Both the position numbers and the translations under genes were made by a program. The notes below the pieces were generated by a model. The model saw only the letters and a program-made list of their open reading frames with translations. It made no database searches and had not been told where the DNA came from. From positions 288,001 through 352,000 of the forward strand of contig CAVUKA010000001.1 of the NCBI GenBank assembly GCA_963741945.1: a DNA stretch of 64,000 nt. The letters run 5' to 3'. Below are positions 1-9,938 of this stretch, piece by piece. Source of the DNA: an uncultured Gemmatimonadales bacterium. Lineage in GTDB: Bacteria; Gemmatimonadota; Gemmatimonadetes; Longimicrobiales; RSA9. Position 1 is the first letter of the stretch, and every line of letters starts with the position of its first letter.

Positions 1-736
1 GCCCACTGACCTTCTTGAACACGGAGCCGGCGGACGGATACAGCCAGAGGTCGGGGTGCCGATCGTCGCGCCAGCGAAGGTTCTCACGGATGACGTGCCG
101 GAGCTCGTCGTCGGGGGTGGGCCGGAGCCGGAACGTGGCGCTGAGGACTACGTCTTCCCGATCGTGCAGGATGCTGTAGTCGTAGTCGAAATGGAAATAG
201 TCCGCTCCCACGGAGCGCCGCTCGCCCTCCGCAGTGAGCAGGTCACAGGACTCCAGAAGCTCCTCGATGAAGACCGTTCGCTCCCGGTCCGGAGGGGCGC
301 TGAGGAAATGGAGGTTCTGCCAGATCGCTCCCCCTACCGTGCTCGGGATCCCCACGAAGTGGTGCAGACCCCCGAGGCCACGGTCGGCGCACGCCTGGAT
401 GAGGTCGTGGAACACCATGACGCCGCTCTCTGCGCGCACGCGGTGGTCGGGGAGGAAGGCCACACCACGCGCCTGATTGCGCATCACGAGCCCGCGGAAG
501 CCGCCGTCGCCGACCAGAATGTTGGCCCCGGCACCGAGCAGGAAGTGCGGGACGCCCAGCTCCCGGGCGGTGGTGACCGCAAGAGCCAGCTCCTCGGCGC
601 TACGCGGCTCGAAGAACAGGTCGGCTGGACCACCGATCCGGAACGTGGTGAACGGTGCCAGGGGCACGCTCCGCGCCAGACGGTGGGCGCCCAGTCGCCG
701 CTCGAGCTCCGCCAGCGGCAGCGAGCTGGCCGGCAT
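1..736 (-). CDS. murB: UDP-N-acetylenolpyruvoylglucosamine reductase (3' end runs off the window)
   Basis: Manual translation from ATG at 736: MPASSLPL...PFTTFRIGGPADLF...LLGAGANILVGDGG...PSAGSVFKK, the MurB motifs. Not in the ORF track because there is no stop inside the window. Confidence 0.93.
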   Translation of the reverse strand, partial: MPASSLPLAELERRLGAHRLARSVPLAPFTTFRIGGPADLFFEPRSAEELALAVTTARELGVPHFLLGAGANILVGDGGFRGLVMRNQARGVAFLPDHRVRAESGVMVFHDLIQACADRGLGGLHHFVGIPSTVGGAIWQNLHFLSAPPDRERTVFIEELLESCDLLTAEGERRSVGADYFHFDYDYSILHDREDVVLSATFRLRPTPDDELRHVIRENLRWRDDRHPDLWLYPSAGSVFKKVSG

Positions 737-742
737 CCGGCT

Positions 743-1090
743 TCAGTCTCCGGAGTCGACGCTCGAGACGGGCGTCCAGGAAGGCGCATCGCTGGCCGGG
801 AATGACTCCATCGAGGCTTCCTCCACCACGTCCACCAATGCGCGGTCTTCCTCTTCCGTATGACGGCCTCGCGGCGATTCCGCTCCGAGGACTCCGCGGA
901 TCGCGGCGAACAGGCTGCGGCCACCGCTGAAACCCCGGTACACCATCGCACTCCCGCTCAGGGCGAAGAGGGTGCCTGCCAGCGTGTCCCGCCGGCGCAG
1001 GCTCGACAGGATGAGCATCCCGCCGATGATGACCGACATCCATCGCTCGGACTCGCCGATCTCGTGCTCGAAACGGTCAGTGGCGTCCAT
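743..1090 (-). CDS. small membrane protein (DUF2892/YgaP-like) with C-terminal [16 protein letters not shown] motif
   Basis: Start moved to MDATDRF because the longer ORF runs through the tRNA. Two hydrophobic segments plus the conserved ESFPASDxP tail. Confidence 0.7.
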   Translation of the reverse strand: MDATDRFEHEIGESERWMSVIIGGMLILSSLRRRDTLAGTLFALSGSAMVYRGFSGGRSLFAAIRGVLGAESPRGRHTEEEDRALVDVVEEASMESFPASDAPSWTPVSSVDSGD

Positions 1091-1134
1091 GGTCCTGGAA
1101 GTTGGGGTGCGTATCTGCGTTCGGTGAACATCCC

Positions 1135-1150
1135 GGCAAATACGACACCA
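1135..1150 (-). promoter_or_regulatory. candidate sigma54 -24/-12 promoter
   Basis: TGGTGTCGTATTTGCC (GG-N10-GC with TTGC), 45 nt upstream of the ATG at 1090. Confidence 0.45.
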
Positions 1151-1183
1151 GCGCGAGCGGCGACCGGTCAGCCGCCCGGAGAA

Positions 1184-1266
1184 TGCCGAGGGTGGGATTC
1201 GAACCCACACGGGCTTGCGCCCAGCGGATTTTGAGTCCGCCGCGTCTGCCATTCCGCCACCCCGGC
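1184..1266 (-). tRNA. tRNA-Leu(CAA)
   Basis: GCCGGGGTGGCGGAATGGCAGACGCG GCGGA-CTCAAAA-TCCGC, long variable arm, GGTTCGAATCCC, acceptor CTCGGCA; CCA not encoded. Confidence 0.97.
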
Positions 1267-1368
1267 TCATGCCCCCACGTGGGAGGGAGCGGCAATATAA
1301 CCTGCACGCCGATCAGCCTCCACCCCGCGCCGAGGGGGACCCGGGCGGCCGGGCGGATCCGCCCGGCG

Positions 1369-2040
1369 TCAGGGCCCGGCAGCCCCCCTGGGCGGCCCCA
1401 GGATCTCGGCGAGCACCACGGCGCGTCGCAACCCGCCCGGGCGGCGCAGCCATCGGCGCAGTGCCGCCCGGTGAACAGGGGAATGCGAGTCGGGCTCGGT
1501 TGCGTGGAGTCGCGCGTGGAATGCCGCTTGCCGGATTTCCGGCTCCGGAGGCAGCGTTTCCAGTGTGATCGCCTCCGGTCCGACGTACTCCAGCGAGACC
1601 GGCTCGGGAGGGGCCGGGCGAGACCGGTACTCGTCCCTGTCCAGCGCGTCACTCCAGGACGTATCCGGCCGCGCGGGTTCCGCGGCGGGAGCTTCGAGCC
1701 ACGGCTCAGGCCCGGCGCTCGCCGGGCGCGGGTCCGGCTCATCCGACCACGGCGAGGGAGGGGTGGAGGGAGACCTGCGCGTTCCGGGCCGGGGCTCGCC
1801 CGTGAGAATCGCCCAGAGGTCCTCGGGGATCATGTCCGCGGCGGAGGTCGGCCCGTCCCGGTTCGCCTGTGAGGCGCGGAGATCCTCCGGCTCCTCCGCC
1901 CCTCCCGTTCGATCGCCCACCCCCGGTCGCGGGGAGCCGGGCCGCTTGGGCGGCCCTGTCTTCTGTCCCTTCCCCAGGATCGCCTGGAGGAGGGGAAAGA
2001 GGATGAAGATCAGGAGGAGCAGGATCTCGAAGCCGCTCAC
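1369..2040 (-). CDS. membrane-anchored Pro/Glu-rich protein, third gene of the nfeD-floA operon (YqfB position)
   Basis: N-terminal TM helix, disordered middle, C-terminal [14 protein letters not shown] motif; 3 nt from floA. Confidence 0.7.
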   Translation of the reverse strand: MSGFEILLLLIFILFPLLQAILGKGQKTGPPKRPGSPRPGVGDRTGGAEEPEDLRASQANRDGPTSAADMIPEDLWAILTGEPRPGTRRSPSTPPSPWSDEPDPRPASAGPEPWLEAPAAEPARPDTSWSDALDRDEYRSRPAPPEPVSLEYVGPEAITLETLPPEPEIRQAAFHARLHATEPDSHSPVHRAALRRWLRRPGGLRRAVVLAEILGPPRGAAGP

Positions 2041-2043
2041 GGG

Positions 2044-3042
2044 CTAATCCTTCCCGTTGCCGGCGCCGGGCGCGCTCTGGGAATCCTTGGCAATGGAGTT
2101 CCGCATGTCGGTGTCGGCGTTGAGGTTCCGATAGCGGACGTAATCCATGATCCCGAGATTGCCCGACCGGAACGCTTCCGCCATGGCCAGCGGGACCTCG
2201 GCCTCCGCCGCGACCACGCGGGCACGCATCTCCTCGACCGTGGCGCGGTTCTCCTGCTCGGCGGCCACGGCCATGGCGCGTCGCTCCTCCGCCTTGGCCT
2301 GCGCGATCCGCTTGTCGGCTTCCGCCTGGTCCGTCTGGAGCTCGGCGCCAATGTTCTTGCCGACATCCACGTCGGCGATGTCGATGGAGAGGATCTCGTA
2401 CGCGGTGCCGGAGTCGAGTCCCTTGCCCAGCACCGTCTTCGATATGGCGTCCGGGTTCTCGAGCACGGCCTTGTGGGACACGCTGGACCCGATGGTGGAG
2501 ACGATCCCCTCACCGACCCGGGCAAGGATCGTGTCCTCCCCCGCCCCGCCGACCAGGCGGTTGATGTTGGCACGGACGGTCACGCGGGCAATGGCAATGA
2601 GCTGAATCCCATCCTTGGCCATGGCCGCGACTTTCGGCGTGTTGATCACCTTCGGGTTGACCGACACTTTCACGGCTTCCAGCACATCCCGCCCGGCGAG
2701 GTCGATGGCGGCCGCCTGCTGGAACGGGAGCTCGATGTTGGCCTTGTCGGCACTGATCAGCGCCTTCACCACCCTGTCCACGTGCCCCCCTGCCAGGTAA
2801 TGCGCCTCGAGCTGTTTGGTGGTGAGCGAGAGACCCGCCTTCGTCGCCGCGATCAGTGGCCGGACCACGCCGGCCGGGTTCACTTTCCGCAGCCGCATGC
2901 CGATCAGGTCGCCGAGCCCGACGGTCACGCCGGCGAAGACGGCCTCGATCCAGAGTCGAACGGGAACGGCCCAGAAGAGGAGGATCACCACAAGGGCGAC
3001 CCCGACCAGCAGCAGGGGCGTCAACAGTGCTACGCCTTCCAT
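2044..3042 (-). CDS. floA: flotillin-like protein FloA (YqfA)
   Basis: [51 protein letters not shown] motifs. Confidence 0.93.
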   Translation of the reverse strand: MEGVALLTPLLLVGVALVVILLFWAVPVRLWIEAVFAGVTVGLGDLIGMRLRKVNPAGVVRPLIAATKAGLSLTTKQLEAHYLAGGHVDRVVKALISADKANIELPFQQAAAIDLAGRDVLEAVKVSVNPKVINTPKVAAMAKDGIQLIAIARVTVRANINRLVGGAGEDTILARVGEGIVSTIGSSVSHKAVLENPDAISKTVLGKGLDSGTAYEILSIDIADVDVGKNIGAELQTDQAEADKRIAQAKAEERRAMAVAAEQENRATVEEMRARVVAAEAEVPLAMAEAFRSGNLGIMDYVRYRNLNADTDMRNSIAKDSQSAPGAGNGKD

Positions 3043-3087
3043 ATCGGACTCTCCATCGAACGGGTCAGTGCCAGGAAAACAGTCGGC

Positions 3088-4566
3088 TCAAGAGGTCCCG
3101 CCGGTCCCCGGATCGGTCATGGCACGGACGACGTGCCGGTATCCTTCGGAACGCACCACCTCGATCGGTGTCCCTGCGGCCAGCCACCCTTCCTCGGCCA
3201 CGATGTCCAGGCGCTCGTCGCCGAACAGGCCCACGCCAGCGGGCCGCAGGTCGGTGGCCGCGGTGCCCTGGCGGCCCACGAGGTCGGCGCGCATGGCGGC
3301 GGACGTGTAGCCCGTCTCCCGGGTCGTGGACTCGCCCAGCATGATGCCGGAGCGGAGCAGCCGTCGGTTCCTGGGCAGGGTGCGCAGGAGCGCCCAGGCG
3401 CTGACCAGCACGATCAGAACGGAAAGGGAAAGGATCATGGCTGCATGACTGTAGTCCACAGCCGTCGAGAGGTTCCCGACCAGGCTCAGGTAGATGCTGC
3501 CGAGCACCCCGAGGATGCCCAGGATTCCGAACACGCCGAAGCCAGGAATCAGGAAGACCTCGATTCCGAGGAGCGCCACGCCAGCGGCGAGGAGAATGAT
3601 CTCCTCCATGCCCGCGAGCCCCACGAGGTAGTGGCCGCCGAAGAAGAGCGCGAGCGCGATTCCGCCGGCGGCGCCCGCCAGCCCGAACGTCGGTGTCTTG
3701 ATCTCGATCAGGAGGCCGAGGAACCCGAGGGAGAGCAGCAGTGGGGCCACCATCGGGTGGGTGATGAACCGGACCAGCCCTTCGGCCCAGTTGACCTGCA
3801 TGTCCACCACGCGGGCATCCGGCAGGCCGATGCGAGAGAGCACGTCCTGGAGATCGGTCACCGGCTGGGCGAACCCGACCTTCTCGGCTTCGTTCGTGGT
3901 CAGCGTCAGCAACTGCCCGCTCTCGACCACGCCATCCACCGCCACGTTCTCGTCCACCATGGCCTCGGCCACCCGCGGATCGAGCCCGCGCCGCTCCGCC
4001 AGCGCCCGCATCTCGCTGCGCATGGCGCTCACGATCTTCTCCGGCGCCTTCTCGCCCTGCCCGTTCACAGGTGTGGCAGCGCCGAGGACGGAGCCGTCGC
4101 GCATGAAGATGCCGTCCGTCGCCAGCGCGATCATCGCCCCAGCCGAGAGGGCCCACGGATTGACATAGGCGTACACCGGGACTTCCGCGTCCTGAATGGC
4201 GGTCACGATCTTCTGCGCCGCATCGACGCGACCGCCCGGCGTGTCCAGCTCCAGGATCACGGCATCCGCGCCCGCGGCCGCAGCCTCATCGAGGCTCCGC
4301 TCGACGAACGGGGCGAGGCCCAGCTCGATGGTGTTCTTCACCGGCACGCGGTACACCACGGCTTCGGTGGGAAGCTCGGTCGGGGCCTTCGCGCATCCGA
4401 TCGCCGCGATCGCTCCGGCCAGAAGCGACAGAACGGAAGCCCGGCCCAGCCAGGTGGGCCGCCGGCTGGCGGGAGACCCCGGAGGCGCGGGGCACACTTC
4501 ACCGGAGCGACGCCGCGCGGGAGTCGCCGACGCAGCGGGCAGCGCTGCAGACTTCTGTATGCTCAT
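3088..4566 (-). CDS. nfeD: NfeD family membrane-bound serine protease (long form, YqeZ-like)
   Basis: ClpP-like LDTPGG...ALSAGAMIALA domain, TM bundle, C-terminal TDLRPAG OB-fold. ATGA overlap with the upstream gene supports a start at 4566. Confidence 0.9.
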   Translation of the reverse strand: MSIQKSAALPAASATPARRRSGEVCPAPPGSPASRRPTWLGRASVLSLLAGAIAAIGCAKAPTELPTEAVVYRVPVKNTIELGLAPFVERSLDEAAAAGADAVILELDTPGGRVDAAQKIVTAIQDAEVPVYAYVNPWALSAGAMIALATDGIFMRDGSVLGAATPVNGQGEKAPEKIVSAMRSEMRALAERRGLDPRVAEAMVDENVAVDGVVESGQLLTLTTNEAEKVGFAQPVTDLQDVLSRIGLPDARVVDMQVNWAEGLVRFITHPMVAPLLLSLGFLGLLIEIKTPTFGLAGAAGGIALALFFGGHYLVGLAGMEEIILLAAGVALLGIEVFLIPGFGVFGILGILGVLGSIYLSLVGNLSTAVDYSHAAMILSLSVLIVLVSAWALLRTLPRNRRLLRSGIMLGESTTRETGYTSAAMRADLVGRQGTAATDLRPAGVGLFGDERLDIVAEEGWLAAGTPIEVVRSEGYRHVVRAMTDPGTGGTS

Positions 4567-5303
4567 GTCGATTCCGCCAGCTCGATGGCGTAATAGGCCC
4601 GCTGAATGGCCAGCAGGTAGTCTCCGGCCTCTACGGCTCTGGCGGACCAATCCTTCAGACGACGAGCGCGCTCCAGCGCGGCCTCGCCCCCGCCGGACTG
4701 CGGCCGCTTCGCTTCCGCGGCCTCCACGGCCGCCGCAGCCTCGCCCGACAGGCGGCGAGCCAGATACCGCGGCGTGGTCTCTACGAGCTCGGAGGTGGCG
4801 AGCAGAAGGTAGTACGCCCGGCCGCGCGCATCGCCGCTCGCGTCCGACCGCTCCAGGAGCGAGCGCGCGGCGTCGAGTCGCTCATCGATCGCCGGGATCT
4901 CGACGTGCCGGAGCATGGCATCCGCAGTGACCATCCATGCATCCATCCGCTCGCGCGCGGCGCTCCACTGTGTGCTGTCGAGCGAAGCACCGAGGATCGG
5001 GGCGGCGTAGCTGGCGGCCAGGCGGCGGCGGGCGCGACCACGCCCGTCCATGGCGGCCGTTCCGGCGTCCCACAGCTCCCGGGCGCGGAAGAGGGATGCC
5101 TGGTCGGCACCCTCCACCTGGATTTCGGCGGCGAGATCGGGGAGGAACGGCAGTGACGCGGCCGAGCGCATCACGGCCTCCGCCTCGGCCGAATCCACGA
5201 GGGCGTCGGGATCGGTGATCTCGTCGCCGCACCCGGCCAGAAAGGCCGTGGACAGGGCGAGCGAGAACATCGCGGGCAGCCACAAGGGACGTCGCAAGGC
5301 CAA
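4563..5303 (-). CDS. hypothetical helical lipoprotein
   Basis: Lipobox-like FLAGC after a hydrophobic stretch; stop overlaps the nfeD start. Confidence 0.65.
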   Translation of the reverse strand: MALRRPLWLPAMFSLALSTAFLAGCGDEITDPDALVDSAEAEAVMRSAASLPFLPDLAAEIQVEGADQASLFRARELWDAGTAAMDGRGRARRRLAASYAAPILGASLDSTQWSAARERMDAWMVTADAMLRHVEIPAIDERLDAARSLLERSDASGDARGRAYYLLLATSELVETTPRYLARRLSGEAAAAVEAAEAKRPQSGGGEAALERARRLKDWSARAVEAGDYLLAIQRAYYAIELAEST

Positions 5304-5370
5304 CTTCCGGAGGCGGTGGATAGTGGGTGAAAGCTATTCCTGCGCGCGACTCCGGGCAAGACGGCAGGGG

Positions 5371-5400
5371 TTGACCCGCGGTTCCAGGGGCCCGTACGTT
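5371..5400 (+). promoter_or_regulatory. candidate sigma70 promoter for the acyl-CoA operon
   Basis: TTGACC-18 nt-TACGTT, about 95 nt upstream of ATG 5496. Confidence 0.4.
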
Positions 5401-5495
5401 GCGGCCGGTTCCGGCGACGGACGCGCCTCTCGGTTTTGCCCCGGGGGCGCGTCCGCGTTTCCACGCGAGACACCTACCCAATCCGGAGGAACGGC

Positions 5496-6332
5496 ATGGC
5501 CGAGGATCCCCACAGGGAGGACCAGGAGGGCAGCAAGAAGAAGACGCTCGTGCACTTCAGCGTAAAGAACGGCGTCGCGCTGATGACCCTCGATGACCCG
5601 CCCGCGAATACGTACACCTACGCTCTGATGCGGCAGCTGGACGACGGCATCCTGCGCGCCCGCATGCGTGACGACGTCCACGTGGTGGTCATCACCGGGC
5701 AGGGCGAGAAGTTCTTTTCCGCCGGTGCCAACATCCAGATGCTGGACGAGGTGACAGCCGGGTTCAAGTACTGCTTCTGTCTGCACGCGAACGAGACGCT
5801 GCAGCGGCTGGAGCAGACGCCCAAGCTGGTGATCGCCGCGCTGAACGGGCACACCGTGGGTGGCGGTCTCGAGATCGCCATGGCTGCGGACATCCGGGTC
5901 GCGCGCAAGGATGGCGGCAAGATCGGCCTGCCGGAAGTCACGCTGGGTGTGCTTGCCGGTACGGGCGGCACGCAGCGCCTGGCGCGGATCGTGGGCAAGT
6001 CCAAAGCCATCGAGATGATGGTCACCGGCACCACGTTCGATTTCGACACGGCCAAGGAGTACGGCCTGGTGAACGATGTCTGGGAGGCGGAGAGCCACGA
6101 GGCGTTCATGGACCGGGTCATGGAGTACGCCGAGTCGTTCGCGCCGCCGAACCGGGCCGGGAAGGCGGTTGGCATGATCAAGCGGGCCGTGCAGACGGGA
6201 TGGGAGCTTCCCCTGGCGGAGGCGCTGGCCGTGGAGCGGGAACTCCAGCAGCAGCTTTTCCAGAGCCAGGATGCCCGGGAGGGGATCGCCAGCTACCTGG
6301 AGAAGCGGAAGCCGCAGTTCAAGGGCAAGTAG
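5496..6332 (+). CDS. enoyl-CoA hydratase/isomerase (crotonase) family
   Basis: FFSAGANI, GHTVGGGLE, GLPEVTLGVLAGTGGTQRL; GGAGGA RBS before the ATG. Confidence 0.9.
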   Translation: MAEDPHREDQEGSKKKTLVHFSVKNGVALMTLDDPPANTYTYALMRQLDDGILRARMRDDVHVVVITGQGEKFFSAGANIQMLDEVTAGFKYCFCLHANETLQRLEQTPKLVIAALNGHTVGGGLEIAMAADIRVARKDGGKIGLPEVTLGVLAGTGGTQRLARIVGKSKAIEMMVTGTTFDFDTAKEYGLVNDVWEAESHEAFMDRVMEYAESFAPPNRAGKAVGMIKRAVQTGWELPLAEALAVERELQQQLFQSQDAREGIASYLEKRKPQFKGK

Positions 6333-6440
6333 CGCCGGATTCCCGCCAGGACTGCCGCCGGGCGCCCGCCGTCGGGCCCCGGGGGCGGTCCGCGGCGCCC
6401 TTCCCTGCCCGAACTCTATCACCCTGATCCCGAGGACTCC

Positions 6441-7910
6441 ATGGCCATTGACCCACCGACCGACCGCCTGGCCCCCGACCGACTCTTCATCGCTGGCGAG
6501 TGGCGCGACGCCGCGGACGGCAGTGTCTTCACCACCTGGAACCCGGGTACGGGCAGCGTCCTGGCCGAAGTGGCGGAAGCCGGAGCCGCGGATGTTGATG
6601 CGGCCGTGCGCGCGGCCCGCGATGCGGCGGCGCCTGATGCCGAATGGCGGCGCATGGACGCGCTGGACCGGGGGCAGGTGGTGGGGCGGATCGGGCGCGC
6701 GATCCGCGAGCGCGCCGAAGCGCTCACGCAGCTCGAGACGCTGGACAACGGAAAGCCGCTGCGGGAGGCCCGGATCGACATCGAGCAGGCCGCGGACGCG
6801 TTCGAATACTACGCGGGGTGGGCCTCGAAGCTGGAGGGCGAGACCGTTCCGGTCCGGGGTCGCGTCCTGAACTACACGGTGCGCGAGCCGGTCGGCGTGG
6901 TCGGCGCCATCATTCCGTGGAACTTCCCGCTGCTGATGGCCGCCTGGAAGGTGGCGCCGGCCCTGGCCTGCGGCAACGCGGTGGTCCTGAAGCCCGCGGA
7001 GCAGACGCCCCTGGCCGCGCTGGAGCTGGCGGCCATCGCGGCGGAGGCCGGGCTGCCGGGTGGTGTCCTGAACGTGGTCCCGGGATACGGCCAGACTGCC
7101 GGTGCGGCACTCGTGCGTCACCCGGACGTGGACAAGATCAGCTTCACCGGCTCCACCGAGGTTGGGAAGCAGATCATGCGGGAGGCGGCGGACTCGCTGA
7201 AGAAGGTTTCCCTGGAGCTGGGGGGCAAGTCGCCGAACATCGTGTTCGACGACGCGGACCTCGACGCCGCCGTCCGGGGCGCCTTCAACGGCATTTTCTA
7301 CAACGCGGGGCAGTGCTGCACCGCGGGCTCACGCCTGCTGGTGCAGTCCTCGATCCACGACGCGTTCATGGAGCGGCTGGTGGAGCGCGTGGACCGGCTG
7401 CAGCCGGGCGAGCCGCTGGATCCGAAGCGCCGCTACGGGCCCGTGATCTCCGAAGAGCAGCTGGCCCGGGTGCTGGGCTACATCGAGAAGGGGCGTTCCG
7501 AGGGGGCGAAACTGCTGACGGGCGGCAACCGCGCGGGGCCAGCCGGGAGCGGGTACTGGGTGGAGCCCACGATCTTCGACGCGGTGGACCCGGAGACCAC
7601 CATCGCCCGGGAGGAGATCTTCGGTCCCGTCCTCGCCACTCTGACGTTCGACGACGAGGCGGAGGCGGTCGAGCTGGCGAACCGCACGATCTACGGCCTG
7701 GCCGCGGCGCTCTGGACTTCCGACGTCAAGCGGGCACACCGCGTGGCCGCGCGGCTCCAGGCCGGCACGGTCTGGGTGAACACGTACCACCCCCTGGACG
7801 CCGCCTCGCCCTTCGGCGGCTACAAACAGTCCGGGTACGGTCGTGAGCTCGGCAAGCACGCGCTGGAACTCTACACCCAGGTCAAGTCCATCTGGGTGGA
7901 TCTGCACTGA
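6441..7910 (+). CDS. NAD-dependent aldehyde dehydrogenase
   Basis: IIPWNFP, FTGSTEVG, LELGGKSP, NAGQCC, EEIFGPV, PFGGYKQSG. Confidence 0.95.
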   Translation: MAIDPPTDRLAPDRLFIAGEWRDAADGSVFTTWNPGTGSVLAEVAEAGAADVDAAVRAARDAAAPDAEWRRMDALDRGQVVGRIGRAIRERAEALTQLETLDNGKPLREARIDIEQAADAFEYYAGWASKLEGETVPVRGRVLNYTVREPVGVVGAIIPWNFPLLMAAWKVAPALACGNAVVLKPAEQTPLAALELAAIAAEAGLPGGVLNVVPGYGQTAGAALVRHPDVDKISFTGSTEVGKQIMREAADSLKKVSLELGGKSPNIVFDDADLDAAVRGAFNGIFYNAGQCCTAGSRLLVQSSIHDAFMERLVERVDRLQPGEPLDPKRRYGPVISEEQLARVLGYIEKGRSEGAKLLTGGNRAGPAGSGYWVEPTIFDAVDPETTIAREEIFGPVLATLTFDDEAEAVELANRTIYGLAAALWTSDVKRAHRVAARLQAGTVWVNTYHPLDAASPFGGYKQSGYGRELGKHALELYTQVKSIWVDLH

Positions 7911-7947
7911 GGCCGATGGCCGACTACGTTCGGAAAGGGAGGCTGTC

Positions 7948-9150
7948 ATGCCCGAGCCGGTGATCGTGTCGGCCGTGCGGACGCCGGTGGGGCGCGCAGG
8001 CGGCGCTCTGGCTTCCGTGCGCCCCGACGACCTCGCGTCGGTCGTGCTGCGCAGGGTGGTGGATGACGCGGGACTCGAGCCGTCTCTCGTGGAGGACGTG
8101 ATCCTGGGCTGCGCGAACCAGGCGGGGGAGGACAACCGCAACGTCGCCCGCATGGCGGCGCTTCTCGCCGACTACCCGGTGGAAGTGGCCGGGCAGACGG
8201 TCAACCGCCTGTGCGGGTCGGGACTCCAGGCGGTCAACAGCGCTGCCCACGCTGTGGCCGCCGGTGAGGGCGACATCTTCGTGGCGGGGGGCGTGGAGTC
8301 CATGAGCCGGGCGCCCTGGGTGCTGCTGAAGCCGGATCAGGGCTACGCCCGCGGTGCGCCCGCGATGGCGGACACCATTCTCGGGTGGCGGTTCGTCAAT
8401 CCTCGCTTCCCGGACCACTGGACGGTGCAGCTCGGCGCCACGGCGGAGAACGTGGCGGAAGCGCGGGCTGTCGGGCGTGAAGCCCAGGACCGGTTCGCGC
8501 TCGAGAGCCAGCGCAGGGCGGCGGCAGCAATGGCTGCCGGGCGTTTTGACCCCGAGATCGTGTCCGTGGAGGTGGCGCGGCGGAAAGCGCCTCCGGTGCA
8601 GGTGACCACGGATGAGCATCCGCGCCCGGACACGACGCTGGACAGACTGGCGAGCCTCCGCCCGGTCTTCCGCGAAGGAGGTACCGTGACGGCTGGCAAT
8701 GCCTCCGGCCTCAACGACGGGGCGGCCGCGCTGCTGGTCACGTCATCGGAGCGCGCCGCCTCGCTCGGGCTGCGTCCCATTGCGCGCTACATCACCAGCG
8801 CCGTGGTCGGGGTGGAGCCCGACTACATGGGCCTGGGACCGGTCCCGGCCGCGCGGAAAGCGCTGCAGCGCGCCGGGCTGCGCGTGGAAGACCTCGATCT
8901 CGTGGAGCTGAACGAGGCGTTCGCGTCACAGAGCATCGCGTGCATGGATGAGCTCGGGCTCGACCCCGAGATCGTGAACGTGAACGGCGGAGCCATTGCC
9001 CTCGGGCACCCGCTCGGCTGTTCCGGAGCCCGCATACTCACCACTTTGATCCATGAGCTGCGGCGGAGGGGGGGCGGTATCGGGATGGCCACCATGTGCA
9101 TCGGCGTGGGCCAGGGCATAGCCACGATCGTGGAAGTAGAAGGGGCATGA
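7948..9150 (+). CDS. acetyl-CoA C-acyltransferase (PaaJ/PcaF-like thiolase)
   Basis: GCANQAGEDNRNVARM, NRLCGSG, NEAFA, GHPLGCSG, CIGVGQG. Confidence 0.92.
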   Translation: MPEPVIVSAVRTPVGRAGGALASVRPDDLASVVLRRVVDDAGLEPSLVEDVILGCANQAGEDNRNVARMAALLADYPVEVAGQTVNRLCGSGLQAVNSAAHAVAAGEGDIFVAGGVESMSRAPWVLLKPDQGYARGAPAMADTILGWRFVNPRFPDHWTVQLGATAENVAEARAVGREAQDRFALESQRRAAAAMAAGRFDPEIVSVEVARRKAPPVQVTTDEHPRPDTTLDRLASLRPVFREGGTVTAGNASGLNDGAAALLVTSSERAASLGLRPIARYITSAVVGVEPDYMGLGPVPAARKALQRAGLRVEDLDLVELNEAFASQSIACMDELGLDPEIVNVNGGAIALGHPLGCSGARILTTLIHELRRRGGGIGMATMCIGVGQGIATIVEVEGA

Positions 9151-9938
9151 ACGAGAAGAAGCAGATCCTCGTGGAGCGGTCGGGCAACCTCGGCTGGATC
9201 CGAATCAACCGTCCGGAGCGCCTGAACGCGCTGGTCGGCGACATGCGCGAGCTGCTCGACCGTGGGCTCCAGGAGCTCGACGAGGATCCGGCCGTCCGCT
9301 GCGTGGCCATCATCGGTGTGGGGCGGGCCTTCTGCACCGGGGGCGACGTTCAGCACATGGCGGAGCTCGCCGAACGCGACGACGGCGAGGCGTTCGAGGA
9401 GCTCGTCCGCGCGGGCATCCGGATCGTCAAGCGGATCGACGAGATGCGGAAGCCCGTCATTGCCGCCGTGAACGGCGCGGCCGCCGGCGCCGGCGCATCG
9501 CTGGCGCTGGCCTGCGACATGAGGATCGCCAGCCAGGCCGCGTCCATCGGGCTCACCTTCACGCGCATCGGGCTCCATCCCGACTGGGGCGGCGCGTACT
9601 ACCTCCCCCGACTCATCGGGTCGGCGCTCGCGGCCGAGCTGACGTTCACCGGCGGCATGATCAGCGCCCGCCGCGCGGAGCGGCTCGGGCTCTTCAACCG
9701 CGTGGTCCCGGCGGACGAGCTGGAGGGCGCCGTCCGCGGCCTCGCGGGCCAGATCGCCGGTGGGCCCGCGCACGTGATCGCGGACGCCAAGCGCACGCTC
9801 CGGCGCAGCCTGGCAGCCGAGCTCGACGAGATCCTCGAAATGGAAGCGGCCGCCCAGCTGCGGGCGTTCCAGTCGACGGAGTTCCAGGAGGGCGTACAGG
9901 CGTTCCTGGAGAAGCGCGCACCGCAGTTCGGGCGATGA
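9147..9938 (+). CDS. enoyl-CoA isomerase/hydratase, PaaG-like
   Basis: AFCTGGD, NGAAAGAGASLALACD, GLHPDWGG (Asp at the PaaG-type catalytic position); ATGA overlap. Confidence 0.85.
   Translation: MNEKKQILVERSGNLGWIRINRPERLNALVGDMRELLDRGLQELDEDPAVRCVAIIGVGRAFCTGGDVQHMAELAERDDGEAFEELVRAGIRIVKRIDEMRKPVIAAVNGAAAGAGASLALACDMRIASQAASIGLTFTRIGLHPDWGGAYYLPRLIGSALAAELTFTGGMISARRAERLGLFNRVVPADELEGAVRGLAGQIAGGPAHVIADAKRTLRRSLAAELDEILEMEAAAQLRAFQSTEFQEGVQAFLEKRAPQFGR

Noticed and set aside
1184-1266. tRNA-Leu as a prophage or island attachment site
   Set aside because: No integrase or duplicated tRNA 3' end seen in the window.
2473-4593. Very long antisense ORFs (also 12413-14821, 42305-44980, 45014-47164, 49606-51897, 52992-55202, 60048-62048)
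   Set aside because: They are shadows of recognisable genes on the opposite strand, expected in high-GC DNA, and have no family motifs.
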